DNA of 53,406 bases from Catajapyx aquilonaris. Lineage: Eukaryota. Location of the stretch: assembly GCA_000934665.2 (NCBI GenBank), contig KZ538692.1, positions 1 to 53,406 of the forward strand, given 5' to 3'. The notes below the pieces were generated by a model. The model ran no database searches. It saw only the letters and a list, made by a program, of their open reading frames with translations, and was not told where the DNA came from. Below are positions 36,801 to 49,445 of this stretch, one piece after another. Both the position numbers and the translations under genes were made by a program. Position 1 is the stretch's first letter. Each line of letters begins with the position of its first letter.

Positions 36801-39800
36801 GTTGTTTGCTGATTTTAGTTGATTGTTGGTTCTAACCTTCCAACCATTACCAATAGGATGGTAGTCCAGTAACCAACTTGCCACTATAATGAACTAAAAT
36901 CAACAATCGAATAATGGGATTTAGGAAACGGCAAAGTACCCAAATTAAATTTTGTAATAGATCCTAAGACTTATAATAATAATTTGGAGTAATGCACACA
37001 TTATTGAGATGGAATACTGGCCTAATGGGACCTATGCTCGATGCATATGCGCAGATAAAAATAAGCCAATCAACCGTACGCAAACGGCGCTACGAATAAG
37101 TTTCGGTAATAATATGCACAAAATCTGGACATGTCTCATCTACTAATAATGTGTTATAAATGGTTCCTGTCCGAGTGGTATAGGAGAGCCAGCAGAATAT
37201 TCCCAAAGAGACCTCCGCAGATCAAACCGCCATATTATAAGGACGGAAGGCATGAATTAATATATTTGGGAATGGGATAGACCGATAGAGGAACACGGCG
37301 GAAGAAAAAGCTGCCAGAATGATCTAGAGGACAGATTTATTCAAGTGTACTCACCAAGACCACAGACACCTGTCCCTCTGCTGGACGAAACGTCCGGTAC
37401 ACGCACCACTAAATTGCCACTGTAGCCGACTGGTGATTCCATGACAACCTGTCAACAGAGGCACCGACAAACTGTGCAATACAAGCCCTTATTTAATCTT
37501 TTATTCTGCATTCCTCCCTATATATCCCATGTCACTATGGTCAGTCCCCATAGCGGTTGGACCCGCTAAGGCAGTGGTTTCCAACCTTTTACCAACTGCG
37601 ACCCCCTAAACTTGTTTCCATAAATGTGCAGACNNNNNNNNNNNGCCCCTTCTACAACTGACCAATTTCCAGAAAACATACACTCTGCACGGCCACAAAA
37701 ATGGTTCAATTTACACAGAAAAAAAAAAGTTGAACAAAGGCTCGCGACCCCCCGCGACCCTGCCCACGACCCCGCTGGGGGTCGCGACCTCCAGGTTGGA
37801 AACAAACCACTGCGCTAAGGTTTGCGTGGTGATCCCTTTGAAAATATCCTCTGGCTCTCCAACCACTCGGATGTGAACCCAATGGTCCATTGGTAGATTA
37901 GGCATGTCCCTATTTTTATCATGTTTTTACCTATGGATTTATTCGTAACCATGTTTTTGTACGATCGACGGAAACAGTTTGCCTTTGAATGAACTTGTGT
38001 CGGTAAAAACCATTTCAATTAAAGCTAAATATTTAAACAAAAAATGCAATGGTTTTGGAAAGACGCACCACTAAGCGCAATTGCAAATTACAAAGCATTT
38101 TAGGTCACGTTCACATTTTCCAATCAATTGTGATTTGTGAGTATCGTACGGCGCCTCGGAAATGTTTTGTAGATAGAAAAAGGATTCCACGAAAATACTG
38201 TAAAAGGACGAAGAATGCAACTGCTTTTGAGTTTACAGTACAGTAGTGCCTTGAAGCCGTCGGTCCCGTGTGCTTGTGACATTGCGCGAGTGCACGTTAA
38301 AGACCCCCAGAGTGGCCAAATTTCCAGGAGGAGGACCACCCCGTGACGTTGAGCCTTAGCAGCAGAAATAGGAGTGCCTTTCATCCTGTCGAGTATGTAA
38401 CCCTTGCGCCTTTCTTGTTTCACCGGAATCATAACTGGCAGGGGTAGATTTGATGCTATTTCCGTGAGATAGATGTCGGGAGCTTGCGGTCCTTGCCCTG
38501 ATGGGACCATGTGATGTGGATTGTTATATTATTTATTATCAAACTTTTTTATTTTTAGGTAAATACACTGAAGTGTGCATTTGAGGGCATGCCCATTTGA
38601 GGCGCTCAGAGTTACTGTATAGTTAAGTTTGTTTGGTTCAAGTCAGATTTGTTAGTTCCAGAGTAGCGTTATAATGAGATATTGTAATATTCCATGGGGT
38701 AGGCATGTTGTCCATAACTGTCTTGTGACTCGGACAATCACCAAGGATGATAAAAGAGTAGTTATTTTGTTGTTTTACACAAAAGGGACAAAAGCCATTT
38801 AATGTCTAGGCGAGAACAGAAGCAATATAGATATGCCATGTATCTCGCAGTCTCGTGCCTGCGACGGCTTTGAGTGGTGTAAAAAAAAAATCAGATGCCA
38901 CAGCTCCATTCCACTGGCCTGGTCGCGGTGCCTCTGTCAAGTCCACTTTCATCTTTCTGAAATATTTTACACCACTCGTGGACAAATGACACAAATTATA
39001 TGGAGTAGCCTACGTATTATTCCGGTATATTCCCCGATGCTTATCGATGAGTTTCGCATGTTCTGCACCCAAAAACCGAATGACACAACGTTCCCTTTTC
39101 CTCCTTGGTGCACACCAGAAGTGGCGCAGCCATCTTTGCACAGCTACTGTACGGTGTACTGTACGACTGACACTATATCTACCGCCAATCTGCTAGATAT
39201 ACTTGTTACCTCCAAACAAATTTAGAACTAATACGCGAAACGAGCAACCACCATTGATTGATTTCCAGACACGAGAGTTTGAGGTTTGAATATTGCATTA
39301 CCCCCGGGGTAATTTATTTTCACGCAATTATTCTCTTGGGGCGCGTCGTTGCTGTATCATAAAACTGATTTAACCACGAGGCTACTAGACACTATAGGCT
39401 ACATTACACAATGTCTACTTCCTTTTCAACCAAAATGTGACTCATTAAATCTTCAAAAAATTTCGGCAAGATTCTAGGCACCGTACTACACACATGTAAT
39501 GGCGAAGGAGTTGACTGAACTGCACGAATAATAGTTTTGTTGTCGTATTGTTTATTGCATTGATCACGAAAGCTATTTCGACCATGATTGTAATGATATT
39601 CTATAATTTTCTGGCGCGTTGGATGAGATGTTCAAGGGGTGTTATGCAGTACGATCAGCATATATTCATTTTCTTTCGCCTCATTATTAACAGTTGTAAA
39701 AATCAATTTTTGGAGGGAATTCTTTGTTTTATATTAGATCTTCCAATTTTTGTGAAATTTTGAATGATTTTACGCTTGCTATTTCATTTTCATGGAATTT

Positions 39801-41071
39801 AAGGCGTACATGAAGACTTTATTTGAAAAATTGGCTGCTAGGATCTATAGGGTGTATAGGCTCGAAAGTCCTGTTGAAAGAATGCGCGTGTTGCTCAACA
39901 ACTAATAGCATCAGCTCTTGATAGCATCCATGCTCAGTCCGCCTGTCCGGCGGGTTGCCAGCTGATATACGGACGAGAGCTGGAGAGGGAGAGACACATA
40001 GGCTGATTAATAATATTATTACATGCAAGGATACCATATCGTCGCCTGCAAGAGTAACTCAGTTACTCTTGCAAGTTGCAATATTTATAAAAACAAAGAA
40101 CATACCGGTATATATTGGAACTGTTTGATACACGGATAGTGGCTGATAGTCAAATTCCATTGCATCATATTGGACTTGTCATTTCCATCAACTGGAGATA
40201 CTAAATCCGTCGCCGAGATTGGTAGGAATGTCTAGAGTGTTTTTCACATGCTTGCCTCCCATCAAGGCAAAAAATAGACAGGTTCGATGTGACGATGCAC
40301 AATACATATGCAACGAGGACAATGTGTATAGACCGTAGAGTGGAGACTGCAGAGAGATACCAAAAACAAAATTAGAACTATGTTCTCTCTAAGAGGCAAA
40401 GTGCTCTAGGGCAGGTTATAACCTACCATCGTCCACTCGAGCAAAGTCCGGGGTGCAGTACAGCCACGGCCAGTCGAAGCATGCAGAGCAATCTTATAGA
40501 CTGCTTGCTTCGACTGACTGTGAGTACACCAGTACTATGAGGCTCAAATTGTTTTGGCCACTTTATGGGAGACGGAGTGGCCCACCTGCTGTTTATTAGT
40601 ACATAAGTGACCAATTCCTTGACAATACTATGCTTTTATCAAGATTATATTTATACAGCTAGTTCATGTATCCTAGTTGCATATCACTAAAATATTGTAT
40701 CTCTACGCACAGATGGAGGTGGAGAGTTGGCGCAGCCCAGATGCCCCTGCTGCCCTCCGGCTGCCGCCGTGGTTGTGACGGACGCCTGGCCCACCGTGTC
40801 CAGTAGCTCGGTGGCGTCTTCCGGCGCCGGATATGTTCTGTCAAATATACCCACACGTCTCAAAATGGCCAGAGTATGGGCCCCGCCGCCACCACCCCCT
40901 CCACCCCCACCTCCGCCTCCTCCCCTCCCAACCCACCACTCTTCTCTTCCTCCGCCTCCGTTGCCACTACAATGGGCGCCAACCGCCGCTTGCGACGTCT
41001 GCGACGCCAAGATATGGCGCGGCGCTCATCACCACCAGCACGCAATGCATACCAACGCCTTCCTCGCCTAG
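33843..41071 (+). CDS. Uncharacterised Pro/His/Arg-rich protein; predicted exons 33843-34273, 34334-34635, 40713-41071 (363 aa)
   Basis: GC-rich ORFs joined by a 60-nt phase-2 intron (GTACGT...CCTCAG) and a phase-1 intron of about 6.1 kb (GTGAGT...GCACAG). In-frame stop upstream of ATG 33843. Core RVDCSVEYDLP...PLLMIHPAY. Additional exons cannot be excluded. Confidence 0.7.
37572..37812. mobile_element. hAT-type MITE (contains an N gap)
   Basis: Perfect 8-bp TSD CGCTAAGG; termini CAGTGGTTT / AAACCACTG. Confidence 0.9.
39819..40037 (-). CDS. Candidate small secreted peptide, antisense within the long intron (72 aa)
   Basis: MVSLHVIILLISLCVSPSPA resembles a signal peptide; acceptor-like TACTCTTGCAG 8 nt before the ATG. 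Confidence 0.25.
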   Translation of the reverse strand: MVSLHVIILLISLCVSPSPALVRISAGNPPDRRTEHGCYQELMLLVVEQHAHSFNRTFEPIHPIDPSSQFFK

Positions 41072-43484
41072 CATTACTATGTACTGTTTTCACTATGCTG
41101 TTAAACGGTATCATTCCTCGTGTGTGCAGTGTACATAAGTACTGAAGCAGCGCAAACAAAATAGCCGCACTAATAATATGAATAATAATATAATACTAAA
41201 ATAATACTACTACTAATAATGATAATTAAAGTATAAGAATAATTATTATTCCCAGTCGGAGTATTTGCAGGGATCGTTTCCAATAAAATGACGATTATAA
41301 CAATAACAATAATAATAATGCAGAAGAGGTAAGCCCGCCGACTGTGGCTGTGATAACGTCTACAGGTTCAATAAATATATGGAAAGTATTGGTTCGTTAT
41401 TTGCACCTCCCTGACGTAATAGTGAGTAGGATAACCCATTGCTCAAGTTATTATGTCATCATAACATCTGCTAGAATAATGACATCCACGCGGGACTAAC
41501 AGCATTGGAGGCGCCACATTAGTTGCTTTATCTTTTCAACTGTGGCACCCACATGGACTAACCTCCGGAATACAATCATAAGAATTATGTAGCAGGTTTT
41601 TTTTAAACTTATTTATTATTTATTATTTATTTTGCAACAAGAGAGTGGGACGTCATATGTTGTATGCCGAGTTAATGTTACGGTTTTGAAAATTCGTTTT
41701 GATTCTAGCAGCCACAAGCATCTGAAACAACAACCACTTGCTTTACCACAAGGTAAGAATATCGTTCATCATGTATAAGCCTATGATTTACATTTACTAA
41801 CATGTACAAAGTACGCACTCCGCAAAGTAAATAGCCGATGTTCATAATGTAGATTTGATTAACTATTCTAAACATTACGAGAGGGGGCATGCGTAAGTTT
41901 TGTGCTGGTTTGATGGAAAAGAATGTCTACTATAGCTTGATAGGGTAGCTTGCTGCAGTACGTTGATCCCCCGATCTCGTACATTGTCCCGCATTTACGT
42001 ATAGTTTGGGTCTAGACACATTGAATAAACATGACTAAGGAAATCCCGAGAAGCGAACAGTAGCCTACTTATACGTTGCATTACATTGTCCCAGATTGTC
42101 TCCTTATATATCGTTCAGTGTAATGACATTCTTTATCCTAGCTACTCCTCGCTCCTCTGCAGCTCAAACTTACGTCATAAAACAGACAAGCATATTAGAG
42201 TACGGTAATTTTTGACGTATGAATACAAAATTTAATTTTTTTTTTAAAAAAAAAGCGATTGCCTAAAACATATTTGGAAAATGATCACTCACATTGACGA
42301 TAATGATTAATGATTACGCACAATCATGAGTAAACGTATTAAGATGTAGTCTACTGTACACTATCTCATTACTTATTCAATCAGAAAAACCACTACTCTT
42401 GCCGCTACTAAACTATTCTAGCACGTGCCAGAGATACATCATACATAACTATCTGCTGACATTAGAACTTCCCACCACTTCCAATGTTAGTCTTTCCCAC
42501 CAGGCGGCTCTTGTGTTCCTGTGTTTTCCTGTCCGGAACCAGTCCGGAACTCCGGGTTGTTACGGGTCCAGCGAAGTGTCCCAGCAAGTGGGATAGGTAG
42601 TGTCCATTTGGGAGTTGTCATCGTTGTTGTGTGCTGGTGTTGTATGTATTATTGCAGGGAGAGAGCAATTATTTTGGATTGTGCGAAGGGAACAGAAGAG
42701 GGAGCGAGGGGAGTTACAGGCGAGTCTATAAAAGAGGGACGGCAGAGAAGAGATAAGCAGATACATACTCGGACTGAGGGCAAGGAGGTTCATCGTTCCG
42801 TGGTAGAGCAGGTCTGGTGTGGGTTGTGGGGTGACGTACTGACAGTCCTCAGCAGTGTCCGAGACTGTACGCTCCTAGACTGGGTGCGGACTGCCTTACC
42901 CCTCGATCTACATCGTTGTCAGCCAGGCACCTGCTTCTATCAAGAAGTGGAGACGACATCCTGTGTATACTCTGGTAGGAAGGAAGTTATAAAAGATGCC
43001 CAATAACAAAGGGAATACCAAGGCGAAAACCAAGGAGAAGAGAAGGTCAGTTGCCCGCCGTTAAATACTATGAAAATATAGTTGTGAATGTGAATGATAA
43101 TATTTGCATTCGTGACAATATTATGAACTTGAGAGGTCAACATGTGAAATATATACAGTTGACTCCGGCTATAAGACTCACGGTTATAACAGACTTCCAT
43201 ATATATGGCTATAACAGACCTCAGTTATGGTAAATTGATTTCTGCAAACCCTTGAAATCTGTTATATCCTGAGTGTACTGTATTAAATTATTTGTACATT
43301 TGTAGATATGACAGCAAAACTTTCATGAGCTCATGTTATTGTTTGGTAGTGCTGTGGCAATGTCGGCATGAACTATGGTGATTTTTGAACATGCAGGTTT
43401 TCGTATACATCAGTTATGCTATGTACAGCCTGTTTGAGCTTAAAAGGCAGCAGCACTGGCTCATCTGAATGCCATACACTACAC

Positions 43485-43765
43485 CAGTGGTTCTCAAACT
43501 GTGGTACAGCCTCCACCAAGGGGTAATTTGTTAAATTGCTCATGTCCCAACTGACCTGTTATTTTATGGTATTAATTTGCTATTAATTTAATCTACATAT
43601 ATGTAACAGTGCAGTGTGACTATGTTAACCACCTAAATTGAGCCACTTCCCGACCTACATAGAGAGGTGGAATTTGGCGTCAGGAGGGGGCGGAGAAAGA
43701 GGGGGTACAAAGGTTAGAATGCAAGTATTTTAGGGGTTCGTAGTTTAGGGGTTTGAGAACCGCTG
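43485..43765. mobile_element. hAT-type MITE
   Basis: Perfect 8-bp TSD CACTACAC; CAGTGGTTCTCAAAC / GTTTGAGAACCGCTG. Confidence 0.9.
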
Positions 43766-44227
43766 CACTACACCAACCAAAATGTGATAACTTAGCACAA
43801 TGAGACGTTGGACAGATGATTTGTAATGTGTGTCGCATTTTACACATGGAACTTTGGAAATTATTATGTGCAAGCATGACAACTCTGCATCTTTGTGAAC
43901 ATCTTATTGAGAGCCATTCAAAATGCTGGTGGGTGGTACAGGGAGAAAGATGGGTCGTGACATTAGGATATGGGTGTTCGGCTGAACGTGACATCGTGCT
44001 TAAAATGAGAGCTAAGCAACTTCCTACCATGGTACACACTGCTTACCGTCAACCGAAGATGTCATAGTTACTGAGTGATTGCCAGTCAGTTACTTGGCAA
44101 ACATGTACACTGGTTGCCATAAATTGCTAACCCCTCATCAAAAACCCCATGCTGGATCCAAGCGAAGGGTAATGTGAAAGTTTCCCCTGTGTCCAGGACC
44201 AATTATAAACAGGTGTCACTGTATTTA

Positions 44228-44450
44228 CCGAAGCAGGTTGGCATGGTGGATATGGTGTCCGACTGCTAATCGGGAGGTCCTGGGTTCGAATCTGGCAACC
44301 CAGACCGTGGTTTTCTGTAGTTTTCCACGGTCTTTCTAGGATAATCCCGGGTCGCTTCCGTATAATAGGCCACAGCCGCTTCCTTCCTTCCTTCCCTATC
44401 CTTGGAGGTTGAAAGGCAATGCTGGGCCAACCTCCCTAATATCAATTATA
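44228..44450 (+). mobile_element. tRNA-derived SINE (family C), copy 2
   Basis: A-box-like TGGCATGGTGG, B-box GGTTCGAATC; body matches 7161-7368. Confidence 0.85.
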
Positions 44451-45482
44451 ATGTATGTACTATCATGGGATGTGGAATGTTTACATCCGCAAATGGGAAA
44501 TATGCCCTACTTTGCAAATTTTTCTCAATGCTGTTCAGTCATAATCTATAGAGAGAAGGAAATAATTAATGGTCATTGCCTTCCTCTGTTCCAGTGACAG
44601 AGCCAGTGTTTTGAATAGGCACTTATTTTCTTAAATGTGGGATTCATCTAATTAATGTCACTTCAGGGGCTAAAAAAGTAAAAATGCAAAGGGCACCCCA
44701 ACACCCATCATGCAAGAACTTCTCCCATTGATAATTATGATTTACTGTTGGTGTGTGCTACAGTAAATCTGCTCTTGTCTGGTACAACTGTAGCAAGTAT
44801 TTAAATTATTTGAGAACACCTCCCACGCTGGAGTTTAAAAAAATTACTCAACCAATTTGTGTCTTTGCCTGGGCATTGTCACTAGCCCGCAGCGGCAGAG
44901 GATCCTGTCTATAGGACTCTGACACCCCAAGATTTCCAAGAACCACATGTAGGTCTGTGGTATTTAAAGAACTAGACGAAAAAAGTGGAGGGGAGAACTT
45001 CGATACTTAGCTCTTACAGTTTGTAGAAAGAATTTAAATCGGAGTGATGGGCCTTGCAAACCTTAACATACATTATACTGCTGAGAATTAAACAGGATTA
45101 GTAAGTTTAAGCTTGAGGCAAGCATGACTACAGTACCACTGGTACTTGTATGATTTCATACAACCTCAGATTATTATAGATGCATTAATGACTGGTGTAT
45201 GCCTAAAAAGTCAAGGGAGTACTACATGCAATAATATTCATAGGATGGTGTGTGCCTTTCCATCACATATGAAGACCTCGGGAGAAAAAAAAAACGATCA
45301 AGGTCCATCTCATGTGAAACTAAGATATTGCAATTTCAAACTTTGAAGACTCACCACAATTCTTGTGTACATCCCAATTATGGTTTGAAAGTCATTATTA
45401 ATGGTACATGCCATGGGGTACGTGCAACAACTAAAACCAATATTGTTGTCAGCATAGGTTTTTATTTATCAACATCAGTACC

Positions 45483-46030
45483 TCATGTGGCAAAGGAAAG
45501 GTCTACATAAAAATGTCGATAACCCTGGGGTATCGGTGGCATGAGTCTCTGCAAATCATTGTATTTCACTTGCGAAATTGGCAGTCGCCCTGGATACATC
45601 TCACGAGGCTGACCTGAAGGTGCTACATGCCTCTTCACAATCCCCTGATCCCCATGTCCCCATGTCCCATCAAAAGTGTTCCTGTGAAAGATGAGGTTGG
45701 GTTCGCTTTCAAGGATCTTCTCTCTGCTTTTCTGAATAGGAAATAAGAATTTGGGAACATAGAGTTTTTGTAGGTATGAATTACGCAAAAATTCTGCAAA
45801 AATCGTGTCCCAATGGGAAGGAACAAACGTTTCAGAACACTGGTTTATCAAGCCAAAATTTTTGTCACACTCCTCCATGTAACTGTGACCTCTAATGGGA
45901 AATGTCACTTGGATTGTTAGAAACCCACGCACAAACAACTGTAGCATGATACATGAGGCCTCTGATGATTGTGTAGTTTTTATTTTATCCCCATTTGCAA
46001 AAACCATTGACTGTCGCCGAGTGCAAGAGT
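45483..46030 (-). pseudogene. Degenerate DNA-transposon DDE transposase C-terminal half (Sola1-like, tentative)
   Basis: FPIRGHSYMEECDKNFGLI and YPGRLPISQVKYNDLQRL...IP..YRHFY motifs; a frameshifted NKNYTII segment upstream resembles the DNCGGQNKN motif. Confidence 0.65.
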
Positions 46031-46174
46031 GGATGTTGATAATTTTCCCTCCAAAGGTGGTGGACGTTGATCATTCTTCCAACAATGCCAAATATTTCAG
46101 GGCTATGATCATTTCACCACAACAATGACCAAACCATTATATTCTACGCTAGTCAAACTATCCTATGGAATATA

Positions 46175-46598
46175 CAGGGTGTATCTGAACTCAGTGCCCC
46201 GACGTATGTGACTGCCTTCCTAGCCACCAGAGGATCGATTTAAGTATAGGAGTCATATGTCTGGGCAGCCTCATTACTGAGATACACTCTTTAGCGATTT
46301 TTGCCTAATCGCTCCTTCTGACTTTTAAATAGAATTTTCTGGTGTAACTAGCCAAAGAGGCCTTACCACCTGTGGGCAACAAACCAACAAAGTCCCGCCC
46401 CCAGACCTTCCAGAGCCTTCTGACTGGGGGAAGGTTCGATGGGTGGCCTAACCGACAGGATATTTTGTACTACATGTTTGCGGCCAATTATCTCCGTAAT
46501 GCGGCAGCCAAACATAATGACTCCTATACTTAAATCGATCCTCTGGTGGCTAGGAAGGCAGTCATATACGTCGGGGCACTGAGTTCAGATACACCCTG
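46175..46598. mobile_element. Tc1/mariner-type MITE with about 83-bp TIRs
   Basis: TA|CAGGGTGTATCTGAACTCAGTGCCCCGACGTAT...ATACGTCGGGGCACTGAGTTCAGATACACCCTG|TA. Confidence 0.9.
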
Positions 46599-47452
46599 TA
46601 TAACTCATTTTTTATCGTTTTTCTCCCGATGTCTTCATATCTTATGTATGAATCTTATGGCAAAGAGTGTATGGTCCTTTTCTAAATTTAGCAGTGGGTA
46701 TATGACTGCACTCCCGCCACTAATGAAGATTGCAGTGATATATTAAAATATGCAGCAATAATAGGCAAGAGTGAAAGAAGGTTAACAAGGAATGTAATAA
46801 AATTTTCATGAAGGCTATGTGCTTAAGAAGGCACTCAGATTTTTTTGAGCATGTCAGATAGGAAAGTGAAAGCTGGAATTGCAAAAGAGATAGCTTGAGC
46901 TGAAAGAGTGTTTGTAACTGGCATGACCACGGTAGTGACTTCAGTTTTTGTGAGAATTGAAATGGCTGAAGAGTTGTCTGGAATAGGCAAAAATTCCAAT
47001 TTTCAGTTTATGGTAATAGTATATGGCATCTAATGCTGAAGTTGATTCAAGTTGATGACTGCACAACTGGTTGTGTATCCCAGAAATATCTGCAGTATAT
47101 GCAATCAGTAGTACACAATATCATTAAATGTCTGCTGTAGTGAACAATATTCAGCTCCAAAAACTGGGTGTCAATTACCGCTTCCGCTTGTCATAAAATT
47201 GAAATGCCAGTTGTCTGCTGTGTCCACTTTAAATTTGAGAAAAATACAGACATAGCCTAGGAAATTACCCGAATTCCAACTACTGTATCGAAGATTAAGA
47301 TATCTCAGTAGCAATTTTAGCTTTCACAATATTTAGGGTACACAATATGATTATGCACCTTTTTGCACTATGAAATACTATTGCCAAAAGCAAAATAGGT
47401 CTCCCACAGATTTCCAACATTCCTGGTAGCATCCTTTATTTTATTGATTATA

Positions 47453-47856
47453 CAGGGTGATCCAAAATACTTGTCTGATTCCTGTGGCTATTTTTGACAC
47501 TTTTCTGCTTATTTTTAAGCTGTCGCTTTTGCATAGTTACTTTTAATGGCTGTCAAAAGTGTAAGCTGCTAATATTATGCACAACTGAATCATCCATACA
47601 AGCTCTGGACTGAAATGTATGCCTGATTAGGAATGGCCCATTGGAACAATTGGCTTCTTACATCAATGACCGAACCCACTCTGCAGGCCAGTTCCCATTG
47701 CAGGCTTTGAAAAGGATTGGCACGTGTATCCTAATATTAGAAGCTAATGTTTTTGATAACTAATAAATGTAACTATGCAAAAGTTATTTCTAAAATAAGC
47801 AGCATAGTGCAAAAAAAAAACCCATAACAATCAGACAAGTATTTTGGATTACCCTG
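47453..47856. mobile_element. Tc1/mariner-type MITE
   Basis: CAGGGTGATCCAAAATACTTGTCTGATT / AATCAGACAAGTATTTTGGATTACCCTG. Confidence 0.8.
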
Positions 47857-48551
47857 CATGTAGGAATTACATATTGGATCATACAAATAGGAAAGGATAT
47901 TGAATGAAGCGATAATGCAGCTATAGTGCATATGTAATGACATGCAAATGTGTGCAGAATTTTTTACTTGCTTATCAAGTGATAAGCTCATAAGATTGAC
48001 CGGAATGGGTTTCATAAAATATTTATTACTCTGCATTAAAGTAAGTTCTTGGTTTTATATTCAGTGTCCAAGTAACAGATCCATTGCACAATTGCATTAA
48101 CTTGAAATATTTTGATAATGACATTAACTGTTGAACTCTTGAGATACGTGACTCATTTCATGGCTTTAGCCGTATTTGCTGTTGTGTACTCGACTCTTGT
48201 CCTTGCCACAAGCAAGCTTATCCATCTGCAAGTTGACACTGTACAGTACTAGAAAAGCATGTCTGGCAGATATCCATGCTGCTCTGTGGCCTGCTTTGAT
48301 TAATACCATGGCATTGAGGTACCTAGAGCATGTGTCTGGATAACACTATCATACAGGCCAATTGCAGAGGATTTAATGATATTGGAACATATCTTATGTC
48401 TTGGAATCACTTATGTCTGAGCAACTTGCATCTATTTTATCACATCCCTTAGACACAATTTTTCTTAGCAATAAAAAGCAGCATAGCTGTATAATACTTG
48501 ATGCTTGATCGATGCTGAGTGGACAGGAAAAGAAAGGATCTCTTCCACTTC

Positions 48552-49419
48552 CAGGATTGATTTTGATAACAACAACAATAATGATGACAAATTGAAGTTC
48601 AGTTTTAAAATATCTGCTTTCTGAGTAGTGAAAATCTGAGCTTGAAAGTTGAGAATTTGGAATATTTTTTGCATTTGAAATGATCCATGTGAACTAGGAA
48701 CCTACTAGAACTAATTATAATCTTCAAGACAATGATAGATGTTGGCCAATTTACTGAGTCGCGTATTGTTCACGAACAATCATTTTAATAAAAATAAAAA
48801 TGCGCTCATGCATGATTCCCCATTGTAATACCCAATATGTGGTGCTGCCACATTGTTCAACCACCATTTATTTTATTAATGATAAGTTTAAGTAAATAAT
48901 ATCGACTCAGTAAATTGGCCAACATCTAGCATTGTCTTGGAAATTAAAATTAGAATTTTAGTAGGTTCCTTAGTTCATGTGGCCATTCCAAATGCAAAAA
49001 AATATAATAATGGATACCCCGTGATAAGCCTCCTTGGGCTTTTTAGGGGATCATCATTTAATTAACCGACTTTAATCATTGCCTTTGCTGGATGGATTTT
49101 AATAGTGGGAGGAAACGGGAGAACCCTGAGAAGATCCACGCGAACACGGAGAGAACCCATTGAAACTCTTTCCACATAAGTATCCTCTGTCTGATCCGGG
49201 GATCGAACTCGGGACCTCAGAGGTTGAAGGGTGTGGCGCTAACCACTACACCACCGTGCCGCCCTAAATGAAAAAAAAAATATTGAAATTTCTTAACTTT
49301 CAAGCCCACATTTTCACTATTCAGAGAAGAGACATTTAAAAACTGAGTTTCACTCTTTCATGTAATATCATTAGGACTTTAGGAGCAGCTTTCAATAAAA
49401 ACTATCAAAATCAAGCCTG
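48552..49419. mobile_element. Old long-inverted-repeat element interrupted by a SINE
   Basis: Left arm (...TAGATGTTGGCCAATTTACTGAGTCG) pairs with 48903-49005 and resumes pairing at 49266-49419. Confidence 0.7.
49006..49265 (-). mobile_element. tRNA-derived SINE (family D) with V-domain-like core
   Basis: Head GGGCGGCACGGTGGTGTAGTGGTTAGCG...GAGTTCGATCCC; AAATG.AAAAAAATAT-like TSD on both sides. Confidence 0.85.
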
Positions 49420-49445
49420 TAAAAAATCCGTAAAAATCGGAACTT

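Noticed and set aside
37340..37400. Penelope-type hammerhead ribozyme suggested by GGACGAAACGTCC (a weaker case near 52780-52810)
   Set aside because: The CTGANGA catalytic core is absent; at most a decayed retroelement end.
38124..38510. 128-aa minus-strand ORF in the long intron
   Set aside because: No recognisable motif or splice context.
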